Assembly: GCA_036502575.1 (NCBI GenBank) | Contig: DASXYL010000040.1 | Coordinates: forward strand, 47,283 to 111,282 | Direction: 5' to 3' | Origin: Jatrophihabitantaceae bacterium | GTDB lineage: Bacteria; Actinomycetota; Actinomycetes; Mycobacteriales; Jatrophihabitantaceae | Length of the DNA: 64,000 bases | Part shown: positions 8,860 to 19,713 of the stretch, one piece after another | Position numbering within the stretch: position 1 is the first letter of the stretch | Layout of the letters: each line of letters opens with the position of its first letter | Made by a program: the position numbers and the translations under genes | The notes under the pieces: generated by a model | Told to the model about the DNA's origin: nothing | Seen by the model: only the letters and a program-made list of their open reading frames with translations | Database searches by the model: none

Positions 8860-9194
8860 TCAGCAGCCGGATCGAGGACGGGCGCCCGCTGTCCATGCTG
8901 GTGTGGCGGTTCGCCGAGCCGATGACGGTCGCGTCGACCGCGGCGTGCGGCGGCGGGCTGGGCGAGCGCGACTGGATCATCAACGCCCAGGTCGGGCACG
9001 ACTACCGGCGCCGCGACCAGCAGCGGCACGGCGCCGAGTTGGCCGCGGCAGCGACCGTGGACGGGGCCGGCGTCGTGATGTTCACCGCCGTCGACGTTCG
9101 CGAGGTGCGGTCCGGAGAGGACGGCGGGGTGCGGGTGGATGCGACCGTCGGGCTGGCCCGGGCCGTCCACTACGCCGTGTCGGCGGGAACATGA
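8853..9194 (+). pseudogene. CbiZ (adenosylcobinamide amidohydrolase) remnant, 113 codons, probably internally deleted
   Basis: LVWRF..P..VASTA.CGGGLG...W.INAQV...GVVMFTAVDV..V....GVRVDATVGL resembles the N-terminal half of CbiZ, then runs directly into ARAVHYAVSAGT-stop. This is about half the length I recall for the family. Confidence 0.5.
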
Positions 9195-9373
9195 CCCTCG
9201 ACCTCGGCCACCACGGTGATGTGGATGTCGCCCCCGGGCTGGTGGACCTCGCGCTCAACGTCCGGCCGGGCACACCGCCCGCCTGGCTGGCCGACGCGCA
9301 CTGGCTCCGGGTCGCGGTGCGCGATACCCCGACATCTACCGCCTTCGTGGAGGCTCTACATGACATTGCTTGA
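9191..9373 (+). pseudogene. CobC/CobD-type threonine-phosphate decarboxylase (aminotransferase) remnant, 60 codons
   Basis: MTLDLGHHGDVDVAPGLVDLALNVRPGTPPAWL matches the N-terminus of the family. HWLRVAVRD...FVEALHDIA matches its C-terminus. The whole PLP-binding core is absent. ATGA overlap upstream and 14-nt overlap with cobT downstream. Confidence 0.6.
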
Positions 9374-10415
9374 GGACACGATCAGCGCCATCAGCCCGCT
9401 CGACGCCGCCGCGGTCGCGGCGGCCCGCGCCCGGCAGGACAGCCTGACCAAGCCCCGCGGTGCGCTCGGTGCGTTGGAGGACGTCTCGGTGCAGCTGGCC
9501 GGGCTGGCCGGGGTTTGCCCGCCGCCGCTGCCGACGCCGGCGGCGGTTGTGGTGTTCGCCGGCGACCACGGGGTGCACGCGCAGGGCGTGACACCGTGGC
9601 CGCAGGAGGTCACCGCGCAGATGGTCGCGAACTTCCTCGCCGGCGGCGCGGTGATCAACGCGCTGGCCGCGCAGTCCGACGCCGAGGTCCTCGTCGTGGA
9701 CGTCGGGGTCGCGGCGGACCTGGACGCCGTTCCGGGCCTGCTGGTCCGCAAGGTGGCGCCCGGCACGCGGGACATGACCGGCGAGCCGGCGATGAGCCGG
9801 GCCGAGGCCCAGGCCGCGATCGAGGTCGGCATCGTGATCGCCCGCGATCTGGTGGCCGCCGGCACGCGGTGCCTGCTCACCGGCGACATGGGTATCGCCA
9901 ACACCACCCCGGCGGCCGCGCTGATCGCCGCGTTCACCGGTGCGGCTCCGGCTGAGGTGACCGGGCGCGGCACCGGCGTCGACGACGCGACGCTCGCCCA
10001 CAAGATCGAGGTCGTGACGCAGGCGCTTGCCCTACACCGGCCCGAGCCCGGCGATCCTCTCGGCGCGCTTGCCGCCGTAGGTGGCTTCGAGCACGCGGCG
10101 CTCACCGGCTACCTCCTCGGCGCGGCCGCGGCCCGGGTTCCGGTCGTGCTGGACGGAGTGATCGCCGACGCCGCGGCCCTCGTCGCGCGGACGCTCGCGC
10201 CGGACAGCACGGCGGCGATGATCGCCGGACATCGCTCGGCCGAGCCCGGCGCGTCCGTGGCTCTGGCGGCGCTCGGGCTCGCGCCGCTGGTCGATCTCGA
10301 CCTGCGCCTGGGCGAGGGGTCCGGGGCGGTCCTCGCGCTGCCGATCGTGCAGGGCGCCGTCCGGGTGCTGCGCGACGTCGCGACCTTCGACTCGGCCGGC
10401 GTCACGGAAAAGTGA
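9360..10415 (+). CDS. cobT: Nicotinate-nucleotide--dimethylbenzimidazole phosphoribosyltransferase CobT
   Basis: 351 aa from the internal ATG. Motifs DSLTKPRGALGALE, VVVFAGDHGV, GDMGIANTT and LRLGEGSGAVLALPIV (catalytic Glu motif). Confidence 0.9.
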   Translation: MTLLEDTISAISPLDAAAVAAARARQDSLTKPRGALGALEDVSVQLAGLAGVCPPPLPTPAAVVVFAGDHGVHAQGVTPWPQEVTAQMVANFLAGGAVINALAAQSDAEVLVVDVGVAADLDAVPGLLVRKVAPGTRDMTGEPAMSRAEAQAAIEVGIVIARDLVAAGTRCLLTGDMGIANTTPAAALIAAFTGAAPAEVTGRGTGVDDATLAHKIEVVTQALALHRPEPGDPLGALAAVGGFEHAALTGYLLGAAAARVPVVLDGVIADAAALVARTLAPDSTAAMIAGHRSAEPGASVALAALGLAPLVDLDLRLGEGSGAVLALPIVQGAVRVLRDVATFDSAGVTEK

Positions 10416-10537
10416 GCCGCGCCCTGGTGCTGGGCGGTCGCCGCGCTGACGCGCTGGGCCTGCTCAACCAACGGCTCGCGGCCACTGCGGACTACGTGCA
10501 TCTGGTCGTGGCCGGGCTGCCGTTGCGGCTGACATGA
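10412..10537 (+). pseudogene. CobU/CobP (adenosylcobinamide kinase/guanylyltransferase) remnant, 41 codons
   Basis: Read directly from the sequence: VSRALVLGGRRADALGLLNQRLAATADYVHLVVAGLPLRLT-stop. ALVLGG is the start of the P-loop strand. LG..NQRLA...D.V.LVVAG is the family C-terminus. Bracketed by GTGA (cobT stop) and ATGA (cobS start). It is too short for the ORF track. Confidence 0.65.
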
Positions 10538-11289
10538 GGACGGCGCTCGCGCTCTTCACGATCGTGCCGGTGCGAGACGCCGCGGCACTGACCCGCGAGC
10601 GGGCGGTGGTCGCGCTGCGCTGGTTCCCATTGGTGGGGGCGGGGCTCGGTGCCGTCGCCGCGCTGCCGCTGGCCGCGGTACGCGCCTGGGCGCCGCACGC
10701 GACCCTGCTCGGCGCGGTGCTCGCGGTGGCGCTGCTCGCGCTGTGCAGCCGCGGCCTGCATCTGGACGGGCTGGCCGACACGGCCGACGGTCTGGCGTCG
10801 CGGGCCCCCGCCGAGCGAGCGCTGCAGATCATGCGCCGCTCGGACATCGGCCCGTTCGGCGTGCTCGGGATCGTCCTGACCGTGCTGATCGACATCGCTG
10901 CCCTGGCCGCACTGGACGGTTCGTCCTGGCGTCCGGTCGCGGCGCTCGCGGTGGCGGCCGCGACCGGGCGCCTCGCCGTGTTGCACGCCGCGCACCCCCG
11001 GGTGCCGTCGGCGCGGACGTCGGGGTTCGGGGCGTACGTGGCCGGCTCGGTGGCCACTCCGGTGGCGGCGCTCGAGACCGTCGTCGTCCTCGGCGGCGCG
11101 GCGGGCTTGGCAGCAGCGGTGCACACCAGCGTGCTCGGATGGCTGGTCGCGTCGGCATCGGCACTGGTGGCAGTGGCCGGCGTCCGCTGGCACACGACGC
11201 GTCGCCTCGGCGGCGTGACCGGCGACGTGTTCGGCGCACTGGTCGAAATCGGCACCGCGCTCACCCTGACCGGCCTCGCCTTCTGCTGA
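10534..11289 (+). CDS. cobS: Adenosylcobinamide-GDP ribazoletransferase (cobalamin synthase) CobS
   Basis: 251 aa multi-TM protein. MRTALALFTIVPV, GLHLDGLADTADGL and IMRRSDIGPFGV are typical of CobS. Confidence 0.9.
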   Translation: MRTALALFTIVPVRDAAALTRERAVVALRWFPLVGAGLGAVAALPLAAVRAWAPHATLLGAVLAVALLALCSRGLHLDGLADTADGLASRAPAERALQIMRRSDIGPFGVLGIVLTVLIDIAALAALDGSSWRPVAALAVAAATGRLAVLHAAHPRVPSARTSGFGAYVAGSVATPVAALETVVVLGGAAGLAAAVHTSVLGWLVASASALVAVAGVRWHTTRRLGGVTGDVFGALVEIGTALTLTGLAFC

Positions 11290-11309
11290 CCTGCACCGCG
11301 CCGGGCAAG

Positions 11310-12317
11310 ATGAGCACCGTGACCGACATCGCGACCATCGCCGCCGAGGTGCCCTGGCCGGATCACGAGGCCGAGCAGGCCGCCCGCGAGCACGCCGGCA
11401 ACCTGGGCGAGCTGGACGGGCTGGCCGAGTGGCTGGCCGGCGCTCAGGGCAGTTACCCGCCGGCTGATCCCGAACGGGTGCGGGCGCTGGTCTTCGCTGC
11501 CGACCACGGCATCGCGGCGGCCGACGTGTCGACGGCGCCCCCGGACGCCACCCCCGGGTGGGTCGCCGACGTGAGCGGCGGCGCGACGGGGCTGAACGTC
11601 CTGGCCGAGCTGGCCGGAGCGACGGTGCGCGTGGTCGACGCCGGGGTCGGTCAGCCCAGCGGCCGGATCGATCGCGAGGACGCCTTGTCCGCGGACGAGG
11701 TCGAGCAGGCGATGCAGGCCGGCATCGACGTCGCCGATGACGAGATCGACGGCGGCACCGACCTGATCGTCGTGGGCGATCTGGGCGTTGGTGCGACGAC
11801 TATCGCCGCGGTGCTCGTCTCGGTGATCACGAACACCGAGCCGGTGAAGGTGGTGGGACGCGGCGGCGGTGACGGCATCGACGACGAAACGTGGATGCGC
11901 AAGACGACCGCCGTCCGCGACGCGCGGCTGCGTGCATGGGATGTCCGAGCAGCACCCGTCGATCTGCTGGCTACCGCCGGCGGCGCCGACATCGCGGCGA
12001 TGGTGGGCTTCCTGATCCGGGCGGCGGCCCGGCGCACACCGGTGTTGTTGGACGGCGTCGTGGCGACCTCGGCCGCCCTCGTCGTGCAGGAGCTGCAGCC
12101 GCGCTGCGTGCGCTGGTGGCGAGCCGGGCAGCGGACGAGCGAACCCGCCCAGGCGGTGGCGCTGCGCCGGCTCGGCCTGGAGCCGATCCTGGACCTCGGC
12201 GTCCAGGCCGGCGACGGCTCCGGCGCCCTACTGGCGGTGCCGATCCTGCGAGCAGCCGCCCGCACGTCTGGGTCACGGGCGAAGAACTCAAGCGAAGAGC
12301 CCGCCGGCCGCGACTGA
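11310..12317 (+). CDS. CobT-family paralog (DMB phosphoribosyltransferase-like), divergent active site
   Basis: 335 aa from the internal ATG. ALVFAADHGI, GDLGVGATT and AGDGSGALLAVPIL are collinear with CobT, but Asp replaces the catalytic-motif Glu and the N-terminal TKP.G.LG.LE motif is degenerate. Confidence 0.7.
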   Translation: MSTVTDIATIAAEVPWPDHEAEQAAREHAGNLGELDGLAEWLAGAQGSYPPADPERVRALVFAADHGIAAADVSTAPPDATPGWVADVSGGATGLNVLAELAGATVRVVDAGVGQPSGRIDREDALSADEVEQAMQAGIDVADDEIDGGTDLIVVGDLGVGATTIAAVLVSVITNTEPVKVVGRGGGDGIDDETWMRKTTAVRDARLRAWDVRAAPVDLLATAGGADIAAMVGFLIRAAARRTPVLLDGVVATSAALVVQELQPRCVRWWRAGQRTSEPAQAVALRRLGLEPILDLGVQAGDGSGALLAVPILRAAARTSGSRAKNSSEEPAGRD

Positions 12318-12443
12318 TCTACCCGCGGCCAAGCAGGGTGCCGGACTAAGCCGCGGCGCAGGAGCGTGAACCGGCAGTCTCCGGCCACCTTTGCTCTGCT
12401 TACCAATACGCATCAGCTGGACTGAAACGTGGCTCCCGCTAGC

Positions 12444-12491
12444 GATCTTGATATCGATCGCGGCGTATGACCCACTCCGGGTATCAAGATC
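12444..12491. repeat. Perfect 10-bp-stem hairpin (gatcttgata / tatcaagatc), possibly related to module M4
   Basis: Inverted repeat read directly, with a 28-nt loop. It lies in a lower-GC spacer between convergent cobT paralog and gcvT. Confidence 0.5.
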
Positions 12492-12546
12492 CGTCCCGGC
12501 TGGGTGAGTCGGCTTAACCGTCCGGCGACTTGAGGCTCGACGGCAC

Positions 12547-13668
12547 CTACCTGACGTGCGACGCCACGAACGGCGGCTTGACGATCCGGACCGGGATCTG
12601 CCGGCCCCGCACGTCCACGACGACCTCGTCACCCTCGGCAATGCCGGTGCCGCCGGTGCCGCCGGTGCCGAGCAGCGCCAGCCCGATGCCCTTCTTCAGC
12701 GTGGGCGAGAACGTCCCGCTCGTGACCTCGCCGATCTGCTTGCCGTCGGCGTCGAGCACGCTCATATGCGCCCGCGGGATGCCCCGGTCCAGCGCCTCCA
12801 GCCCCCACAGCGTCCGCACCGGCCCGGCCGCCTTCTCGGCGAGCAGCGCCACGCGCCCCCAGAAGGCGTCCTTGCTCCAGCCGACGGCCCAGCCGGCCCG
12901 CGCCTGCAGCGGCGAGATGTCCAGCGAGAGGTCCTGCCCGTGCAGCGGATAGCCCATCTCGGTGCGCAGGGTGTCGCGGGCGCCGAGCCCGGCCGGCATG
13001 CCGCCCAGCTCGCGAATGACGTCGACCAGCGCGTCCCACAACAGCGCGGTGTCGTTCCAGGCCGGGATCAGTTCGTAGCCGTGCTCGCCGGTGTAACCGG
13101 TGCGGCAGATCCGCACCGCGCGCCCGTCGTAGCCGGCCTCGACATAGGCCATGTAGGGCAGCTCGGACGGCAGGCCGAGCCGGCTCAGCACCTCGGCCGA
13201 GCGCGGCCCCTGCACGGCCAGCACGCCGAAGTCCTGGTGCTGGCCGGTGACCGTGATGTCGTCGGGGGCGCCCGCCTCGAGCCGGCGCACCACCTCGGCG
13301 GTGTTCGCGGCGTTCGGCACCAGGAACACCTCGTCGTCACTGACCAGGTAGGCGATCAGGTCGTCGACCACGCCGCCGGACTGGTCGCAGCACAGCGTGT
13401 ACTGCGCCTTGCCGGGCTCGATGCGGCCGAGGTCGTTCGACAGGCAGGCGTTGACGAAGTCCCGCGCGCCGTTGCCTCGAACGGTGGCCTTGCCGAGATG
13501 CGACACGTCGAACACGCCGACCGCCTCACGAACCGCGGCGTGCTCCTTGAGAACCCCGCCGCCGGTCGCGGCGTACTCGATCGGCATCTCCCATCCTCCG
13601 AAGTCGGCGAGCTTGGCGCCGAGGTCGACATGTCGATCGTGCAACGGGGATCGCAGGAGGTCACTCAC
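12547..13668 (-). CDS. gcvT: Glycine cleavage system aminomethyltransferase GcvT
   Basis: [58 protein letters not shown] at 13668 (VSDLL...) gives a canonical N-terminus. The ORF track extension to 13785 would overlap pepA. Confidence 0.85.
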   Translation of the reverse strand: MSDLLRSPLHDRHVDLGAKLADFGGWEMPIEYAATGGGVLKEHAAVREAVGVFDVSHLGKATVRGNGARDFVNACLSNDLGRIEPGKAQYTLCCDQSGGVVDDLIAYLVSDDEVFLVPNAANTAEVVRRLEAGAPDDITVTGQHQDFGVLAVQGPRSAEVLSRLGLPSELPYMAYVEAGYDGRAVRICRTGYTGEHGYELIPAWNDTALLWDALVDVIRELGGMPAGLGARDTLRTEMGYPLHGQDLSLDISPLQARAGWAVGWSKDAFWGRVALLAEKAAGPVRTLWGLEALDRGIPRAHMSVLDADGKQIGEVTSGTFSPTLKKGIGLALLGTGGTGGTGIAEGDEVVVDVRGRQIPVRIVKPPFVASHVR

Positions 13669-13751
13669 GGCGTGCACGCTACAGAGATCGGTTGGTGCCA
13701 ATGGCGCCGCAGGCCACCTGCCGGGCCGACCGGACCGCATAAGCTGCCCGG

Positions 13752-15230
13752 ATGCCTTCGGTCTCTCTCGTCGACGCAACGTCACTGGACAAGGACGCCG
13801 CCGTCGTCGTCGGCGTCCACGCCGGCCCGGACGGCCCGGTGCCCGAAGCCGGCGCCGCTCCGATCGACCAGGCGCTGGGCGGTCGGCTGTCCGCGGCGCT
13901 CACGGCACTGGGCGCGACGGGCCAGGCCGACGAGGTTGTGAAGATCGCCACGCTCGGGTTGGCGCCGTTCGGGGTAGTGATCGCCACCGGGCTGGGCGCG
14001 GCCAACGGCGCGCTGGACCCCGAGCAGGTGCGCCGCGCGGTCGGTGCTGCGCTGCGCACGCTCGGCTCGAACGCCCGGGCGCACATCGCGATCGGCGACG
14101 CCGCCACGGCCGGGGCCGCCGCCGAAGGCGCCCTGCTCGGGGCGTACGCCTACACGCGGTACAAGTCGCAAGCCAAGCCGCCGACGCTGCGTCGAGTGAC
14201 GATCGGGGTCAGCGACTCCCGCGATCGGGGGGCCCGAGCCGCGCTTCGCCGGGCCCAGGTCATCGCCGACGCGGTCACGTTCACCCGCGACCTCGTCAAC
14301 GTCCCGCCCAACGACCTGTACCCGGACGCACTCGCCACGCGAGGCGCCGAAGCCGGACGCGAGGCCGGCCTCGAGGTCGAGGTGCTCGATGAGAAGGCGC
14401 TTCGACGGCAGGGCTTCGGCGGCATCCTCGGCGTCGGCTCGGGGTCCTCGCGGCCACCACGCCTGGTCCGGCTGCGCTACCTGCCGGCCCGTCCGCGCGG
14501 CCGGGTCGCCCTCGTCGGCAAGGGCATCACGTTCGACTCCGGCGGGCTGAACCTCAAGCCGGGCAGCGCCCTGTCCGGGATGAAGTCCGACATGGGGGGT
14601 GCGGCTGCCGTGCTGTCCGCGGTGATCGCGGCGGCCAAGCTGAAGCTGCCGATCGAGGTGGTCGCCACGCTGCCCATCGCCGAGAACATGATCTCCGGGT
14701 CGTCGTACCGGCCGTCGGACGTCCTCACCCTGCGCGGCGGCAAGACGCTCGAGATCACCGACACCGACGCCGAGGGCCGGGTCATCCTGGCCGACGCGAT
14801 CGTGCGGGCCGGCGAGGACTCCCCCGACTACCTGCTCGAGATCTCGACGCTCACCGGCGGCCAGGTGGTGGCCCTCGGCACGCGGGTGATCGGCGCGATG
14901 GGCGAGGCCGGCTTTCGCGACCGCGTCGTCGCGGCCGGCAACGCCGCCGGAGAAGCGTTGTGGGGTATGCCGCTGCCCGACGAGCTACGAGCCGGCCTGG
15001 ATTCGCAGGTGGCCGACATCGCCAACCTGCCGAGCGACCGATGGGGCTCGATGCTCGTCGGCGGGCGCTTCCTGGCCGAGTTCGTGCCCGAGGGGGTGCC
15101 CTGGGTGCACCTCGACATCGCCGGGCCGTCGTGGAACCCGAGCGCCGCGCACGACTACACCCCCAAGGGCGGCACCGGCGCCGGCGCGCGCACCCTCATC
15201 GCCGTGCTCGAGGACATCGTCGCGAACTAG
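13752..15230 (+). CDS. pepA: Leucyl aminopeptidase (M17)
   Basis: 492 aa with [16 protein letters not shown] and NTDAEGR-type motif ([15 protein letters not shown]). Confidence 0.9.
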   Translation: MPSVSLVDATSLDKDAAVVVGVHAGPDGPVPEAGAAPIDQALGGRLSAALTALGATGQADEVVKIATLGLAPFGVVIATGLGAANGALDPEQVRRAVGAALRTLGSNARAHIAIGDAATAGAAAEGALLGAYAYTRYKSQAKPPTLRRVTIGVSDSRDRGARAALRRAQVIADAVTFTRDLVNVPPNDLYPDALATRGAEAGREAGLEVEVLDEKALRRQGFGGILGVGSGSSRPPRLVRLRYLPARPRGRVALVGKGITFDSGGLNLKPGSALSGMKSDMGGAAAVLSAVIAAAKLKLPIEVVATLPIAENMISGSSYRPSDVLTLRGGKTLEITDTDAEGRVILADAIVRAGEDSPDYLLEISTLTGGQVVALGTRVIGAMGEAGFRDRVVAAGNAAGEALWGMPLPDELRAGLDSQVADIANLPSDRWGSMLVGGRFLAEFVPEGVPWVHLDIAGPSWNPSAAHDYTPKGGTGAGARTLIAVLEDIVAN

Positions 15231-15583
15231 ACGGACGGGCCGGACATGCCGGGCGGCCCGATCTCGCCGTTGGCCTTGCGCTTGGCCGTCCAGTCGCGCA
15301 TCCGTTGCGGATAGCCGACGACGCCGACGTCGTAGAGCGGCACTCCGTGCTTGCGCGCGAAGTCGCGGGCCCCCTGGACGCCGGCCACCCGACGACGCGT
15401 CCACTCGCCGGTCGCGGCCACCAGGACGACGGTGGTTTCGGTCACGGTGGTGCGCGGCTCGATGTAGGCCTCGACACCCGGTCGCGACTTGACGAACTGC
15501 ACCAGGTGCGCCACATCGGTCGATGACGCACCCCGCAGCGTGCCGGCCCGCTTGTTCTTCCGGCGACTCAGCAGCCCCACCAC
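15227..15583 (-). CDS. Conserved hypothetical protein (118 aa)
   Basis: ORF with sensible composition and a 4-nt convergent overlap with the pepA end. No family recognised. Confidence 0.45.
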   Translation of the reverse strand: MVGLLSRRKNKRAGTLRGASSTDVAHLVQFVKSRPGVEAYIEPRTTVTETTVVLVAATGEWTRRRVAGVQGARDFARKHGVPLYDVGVVGYPQRMRDWTAKRKANGEIGPPGMSGPSV

Positions 15584-15713
15584 TCCCCCCTTCGTTAGCC
15601 CTGACGATACCGGCGACCCCTAGGTCGTGACCCAGCCAGCGCCGAGTGTCGCCCGCTGTGTGGTGGGTGCCAAGATGGGAGTAGGCACAGTCCACAAGGG
15701 TCAGGAGAACAAC

Positions 15714-17111
<1,398 letters not shown>

Positions 17112-17160
17112 CTCCAGATGACGCCCGACCGCAGAAGTTGACTCGAAGGAGCCTTGGACC

Positions 17161-18816
17161 ATGTCGGTCTCTGTGACCATGCCGCGCCTCGGTGAGAGCG
17201 TCACCGAGGGAACCGTCACTCGATGGTTGAAGAACGAGGGCGACCACGTCGACGCCGACGAGCCGCTACTCGAGGTCTCTACCGACAAGGTCGACACCGA
17301 GGTCCCCTCGCCGGCTTCCGGCACGCTCACGTCGATCAAGGTGCAAGAGGACGAGACGGTCGAGATCGGCGTCGAGCTGGCCGTGATCGGTGACGACGGG
17401 GCGAGCGCGGCTCCCGCTGAGGCAGCCCCGGCCCAACAGGCGGCTCCTCCGCCGCCCGCGCCGGCCGAGCAGGCCGCGCCCCCTGCGCCCGCGCCGGCCG
17501 AGCAAGCTGCGCCGGCGCAGCAGGAGCAACCGGCACCTGCAGCCGAGCCCGCCGCGCCCGCTGCGCCAGCCCAGGAGCCCCAGCCAGCACAACAGGCCCA
17601 GGCGCCCCAGCCGGCACCGGCCGCCCAGCCGGCCCCCGCGGACGAAGCCGGAGCCGGCGACGAGGCGGGCGACGAGGCGGGCGACGATGACGACCTGGCC
17701 GGTACCTACGTCACGCCCCTGGTGCGCAAGCTGGCCAGCGAGCACGGCGTGGACCTCACCGCCATCGCGGGCACCGGCGTCGGTGGCCGCATCCGCAAGT
17801 CCGACGTCCTGGCCGCGGCCGAACGAAACGCCGCCGTCGCCGAAGAACCGGTTTCCGCTCCGGCCGCGGTAGCGCCGGCACCGGCTACCGCGCCAGCGAC
17901 AACGCTCACCCCCGAGCCATTCACGCCGCCGGCGCCCACCCCGGTGCCGAGCGCAGTCCCAGATCGGGCGCCGAACGGCGCGCCGAGCGTGGCAGCGGCC
18001 ACCGCAACGGTCACAGCGCCGACCACCGCACCGGCCACCGCGCCGGCCGTCCAAGAAAGCGCCCCGGCGCCCATAGCTGCGGCGGCGACAACACGTGGTC
18101 ACACCGAGAAGATGAGCCGGCTGCGGCAGACGATCGCCGCGCGCATGGTCGAGTCGCTGCAGGTCTCGGCCCAGCTCACGACCGTGATCGAGGTGGACGT
18201 CACCAAGATCGCGCGGCTGCGCGACCGGGCCAAGGCGTCGTTCGAGGCCCGCGAAGGCGTCAAACTCTCGTTCCTGCCGTTCTTCGCGGTAGCCGCCGTC
18301 GAGGCGCTCAAGGCCCATCCTGCGGTCAACTCCTCGATCGACACCGAGGCCAAGACGATCACCTACCACGACGCCGAGCACCTGGGCATCGCGGTCGACA
18401 CCGAGCGGGGCCTGCTCGCACCCGTGATTCACAACGCCGGCGACCTCAACCTGTCCGGCCTGGCTCGCAGCATCTCCGATCTGGCCGAGCGCACCCGCAC
18501 CAATCGGATCAGCCCGGACGAGCTGTCAGGCGGCACATTCACCCTGACCAACACCGGCAGCCGGGGGGCCCTGTTCGACACGCCGATCCTCAACCAGCCG
18601 CAGGTCGGCATCCTGGGCACCGGCGCGGTCGTCAAGCGGCCGGTCGTGGTGAGCGACCCCGAGCTGGGCGAGACGATCGCGATCCGCTCGATGGTCTACC
18701 TGGCGCTGACCTACGACCACCGCATCGTCGACGGCGCGGACGCCGCCCGGTTCCTCGGCACGGTCAAGGACCGCCTGCAGGCGGGCAACTTCGAGCGAGC
18801 ACTCGGGCTGCTGTAG
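17161..18816 (+). CDS. sucB: Dihydrolipoamide acyltransferase E2 (SucB/DlaT)
   Basis: Lipoyl domain [15 protein letters not shown], Pro/Ala linker, E3-binding PLVRKLA..HGVDL, catalytic [11 protein letters not shown]. Confidence 0.9.
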   Translation: MSVSVTMPRLGESVTEGTVTRWLKNEGDHVDADEPLLEVSTDKVDTEVPSPASGTLTSIKVQEDETVEIGVELAVIGDDGASAAPAEAAPAQQAAPPPPAPAEQAAPPAPAPAEQAAPAQQEQPAPAAEPAAPAAPAQEPQPAQQAQAPQPAPAAQPAPADEAGAGDEAGDEAGDDDDLAGTYVTPLVRKLASEHGVDLTAIAGTGVGGRIRKSDVLAAAERNAAVAEEPVSAPAAVAPAPATAPATTLTPEPFTPPAPTPVPSAVPDRAPNGAPSVAAATATVTAPTTAPATAPAVQESAPAPIAAAATTRGHTEKMSRLRQTIAARMVESLQVSAQLTTVIEVDVTKIARLRDRAKASFEAREGVKLSFLPFFAVAAVEALKAHPAVNSSIDTEAKTITYHDAEHLGIAVDTERGLLAPVIHNAGDLNLSGLARSISDLAERTRTNRISPDELSGGTFTLTNTGSRGALFDTPILNQPQVGILGTGAVVKRPVVVSDPELGETIAIRSMVYLALTYDHRIVDGADAARFLGTVKDRLQAGNFERALGLL

Positions 18817-18826
18817 GAGGTCGATA

Positions 18827-19711
18827 GTGCGCGTGCTGGTCGCGGGCGCGTCCGGACTGATCGGCACGGCGCTCGCGACCTCGCTGCGCGGTGACGGGCA
18901 CGAGGTGCGGCGCCTGGTGCGCCGGCCGTCCGCGCAGGCGGACGAGATCGAGTGGCACCCGGACGGCCATGAGCTGCCGTCGACGGCGCTGACCACCATC
19001 GACGTCGTGGTGTGCCTGACCGGCGCACCCATCCCGATCCGCCGGCCGACAGCGGCGCTCAAGACCAAGCTGCGCGCCAGCCGCATCGACGCCGTGGCCA
19101 CGCTCGCGGAGGCGATCGCCGCCAGCGACCATCGTCCGCCGCTGATCGCCGCATCGGCGGTCGGTTACTACGGCGACAAGGGCGATGCCGAGATCGACGA
19201 GTCGGCGCCGTCCGGATCCACCTTTCTCTCCGGACTGTGTCGCGACTGGGAGGCGGCCGCCGAGCCGGCCCTGGTCGCCGGCGCCCGTGTCGTGTCGTTG
19301 CGCACCGGCATCGTGCTCGCCCGCAACGGTGGCCTGCTCGCGACCCTGCGCCCGATCTTCTGGCTCGGCCTCGGTGGTCGGCAGGGCAGCGGGCGGCAGT
19401 TCCTGCCCTGGATCTCGCTCGCCGACGAGGTGGCGGCGATCCGGTTCCTGATCGACTCCGACGTGCACGGCCCGGTCAATCTGACCGGACCGAACCCGGC
19501 CCGCAACGCCGAGCTCATGGACGCCGTGGCCCGGGTCATGCACCGCCCGGCCATCGTCGCGGTGCCGGGCTTCGCGCTGCGTCTGGTCCTCGGCGAGTTC
19601 GCGGCCGACGTGCTGGGTGGGCAGCGCGCCCGGCCGGCCAAGCTGACCGACGCGGGCTTCGAGTTCCGGGACACCCAGCTCGAACCGACTCTGCGCAAGG
19701 TCCTGCGCTAA
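18827..19711 (+). CDS. TIGR01777-type NAD-dependent epimerase/dehydratase family protein (SDR with DUF1731 C-terminus)
   Basis: MRVLVAGASGLIGTAL Rossmann motif, 294 aa. Its position after sucB matches the Rv2216 position as I recall. Confidence 0.75.
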   Translation: MRVLVAGASGLIGTALATSLRGDGHEVRRLVRRPSAQADEIEWHPDGHELPSTALTTIDVVVCLTGAPIPIRRPTAALKTKLRASRIDAVATLAEAIAASDHRPPLIAASAVGYYGDKGDAEIDESAPSGSTFLSGLCRDWEAAAEPALVAGARVVSLRTGIVLARNGGLLATLRPIFWLGLGGRQGSGRQFLPWISLADEVAAIRFLIDSDVHGPVNLTGPNPARNAELMDAVARVMHRPAIVAVPGFALRLVLGEFAADVLGGQRARPAKLTDAGFEFRDTQLEPTLRKVLR

Positions 19712-19713
19712 GT

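Noticed and set aside
5088-10537. Explaining the short cobalamin ORFs as simple frameshifted pseudogenes or as mis-assembly.
   Set aside because: Family C-terminal motifs are read in the same frame as the N-terminal motifs with no intervening stop, and the flanking overlaps are intact, so ordinary frameshift decay does not fit. Assembly collapse cannot be excluded from the sequence alone and is listed as a refutation test.
13669-13751. Glycine riboswitch upstream of gcvT.
   Set aside because: Only about 83 bp separate the divergent gcvT and pepA starts, and no GGAGAG...CACCG...CUCAGGC-type motifs are visible.
17400-17700. Repetitive DNA inside sucB.
   Set aside because: It encodes the Pro/Ala/Gln-rich inter-domain linker typical of E2 proteins. 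It is coding low complexity, not an independent repeat element.
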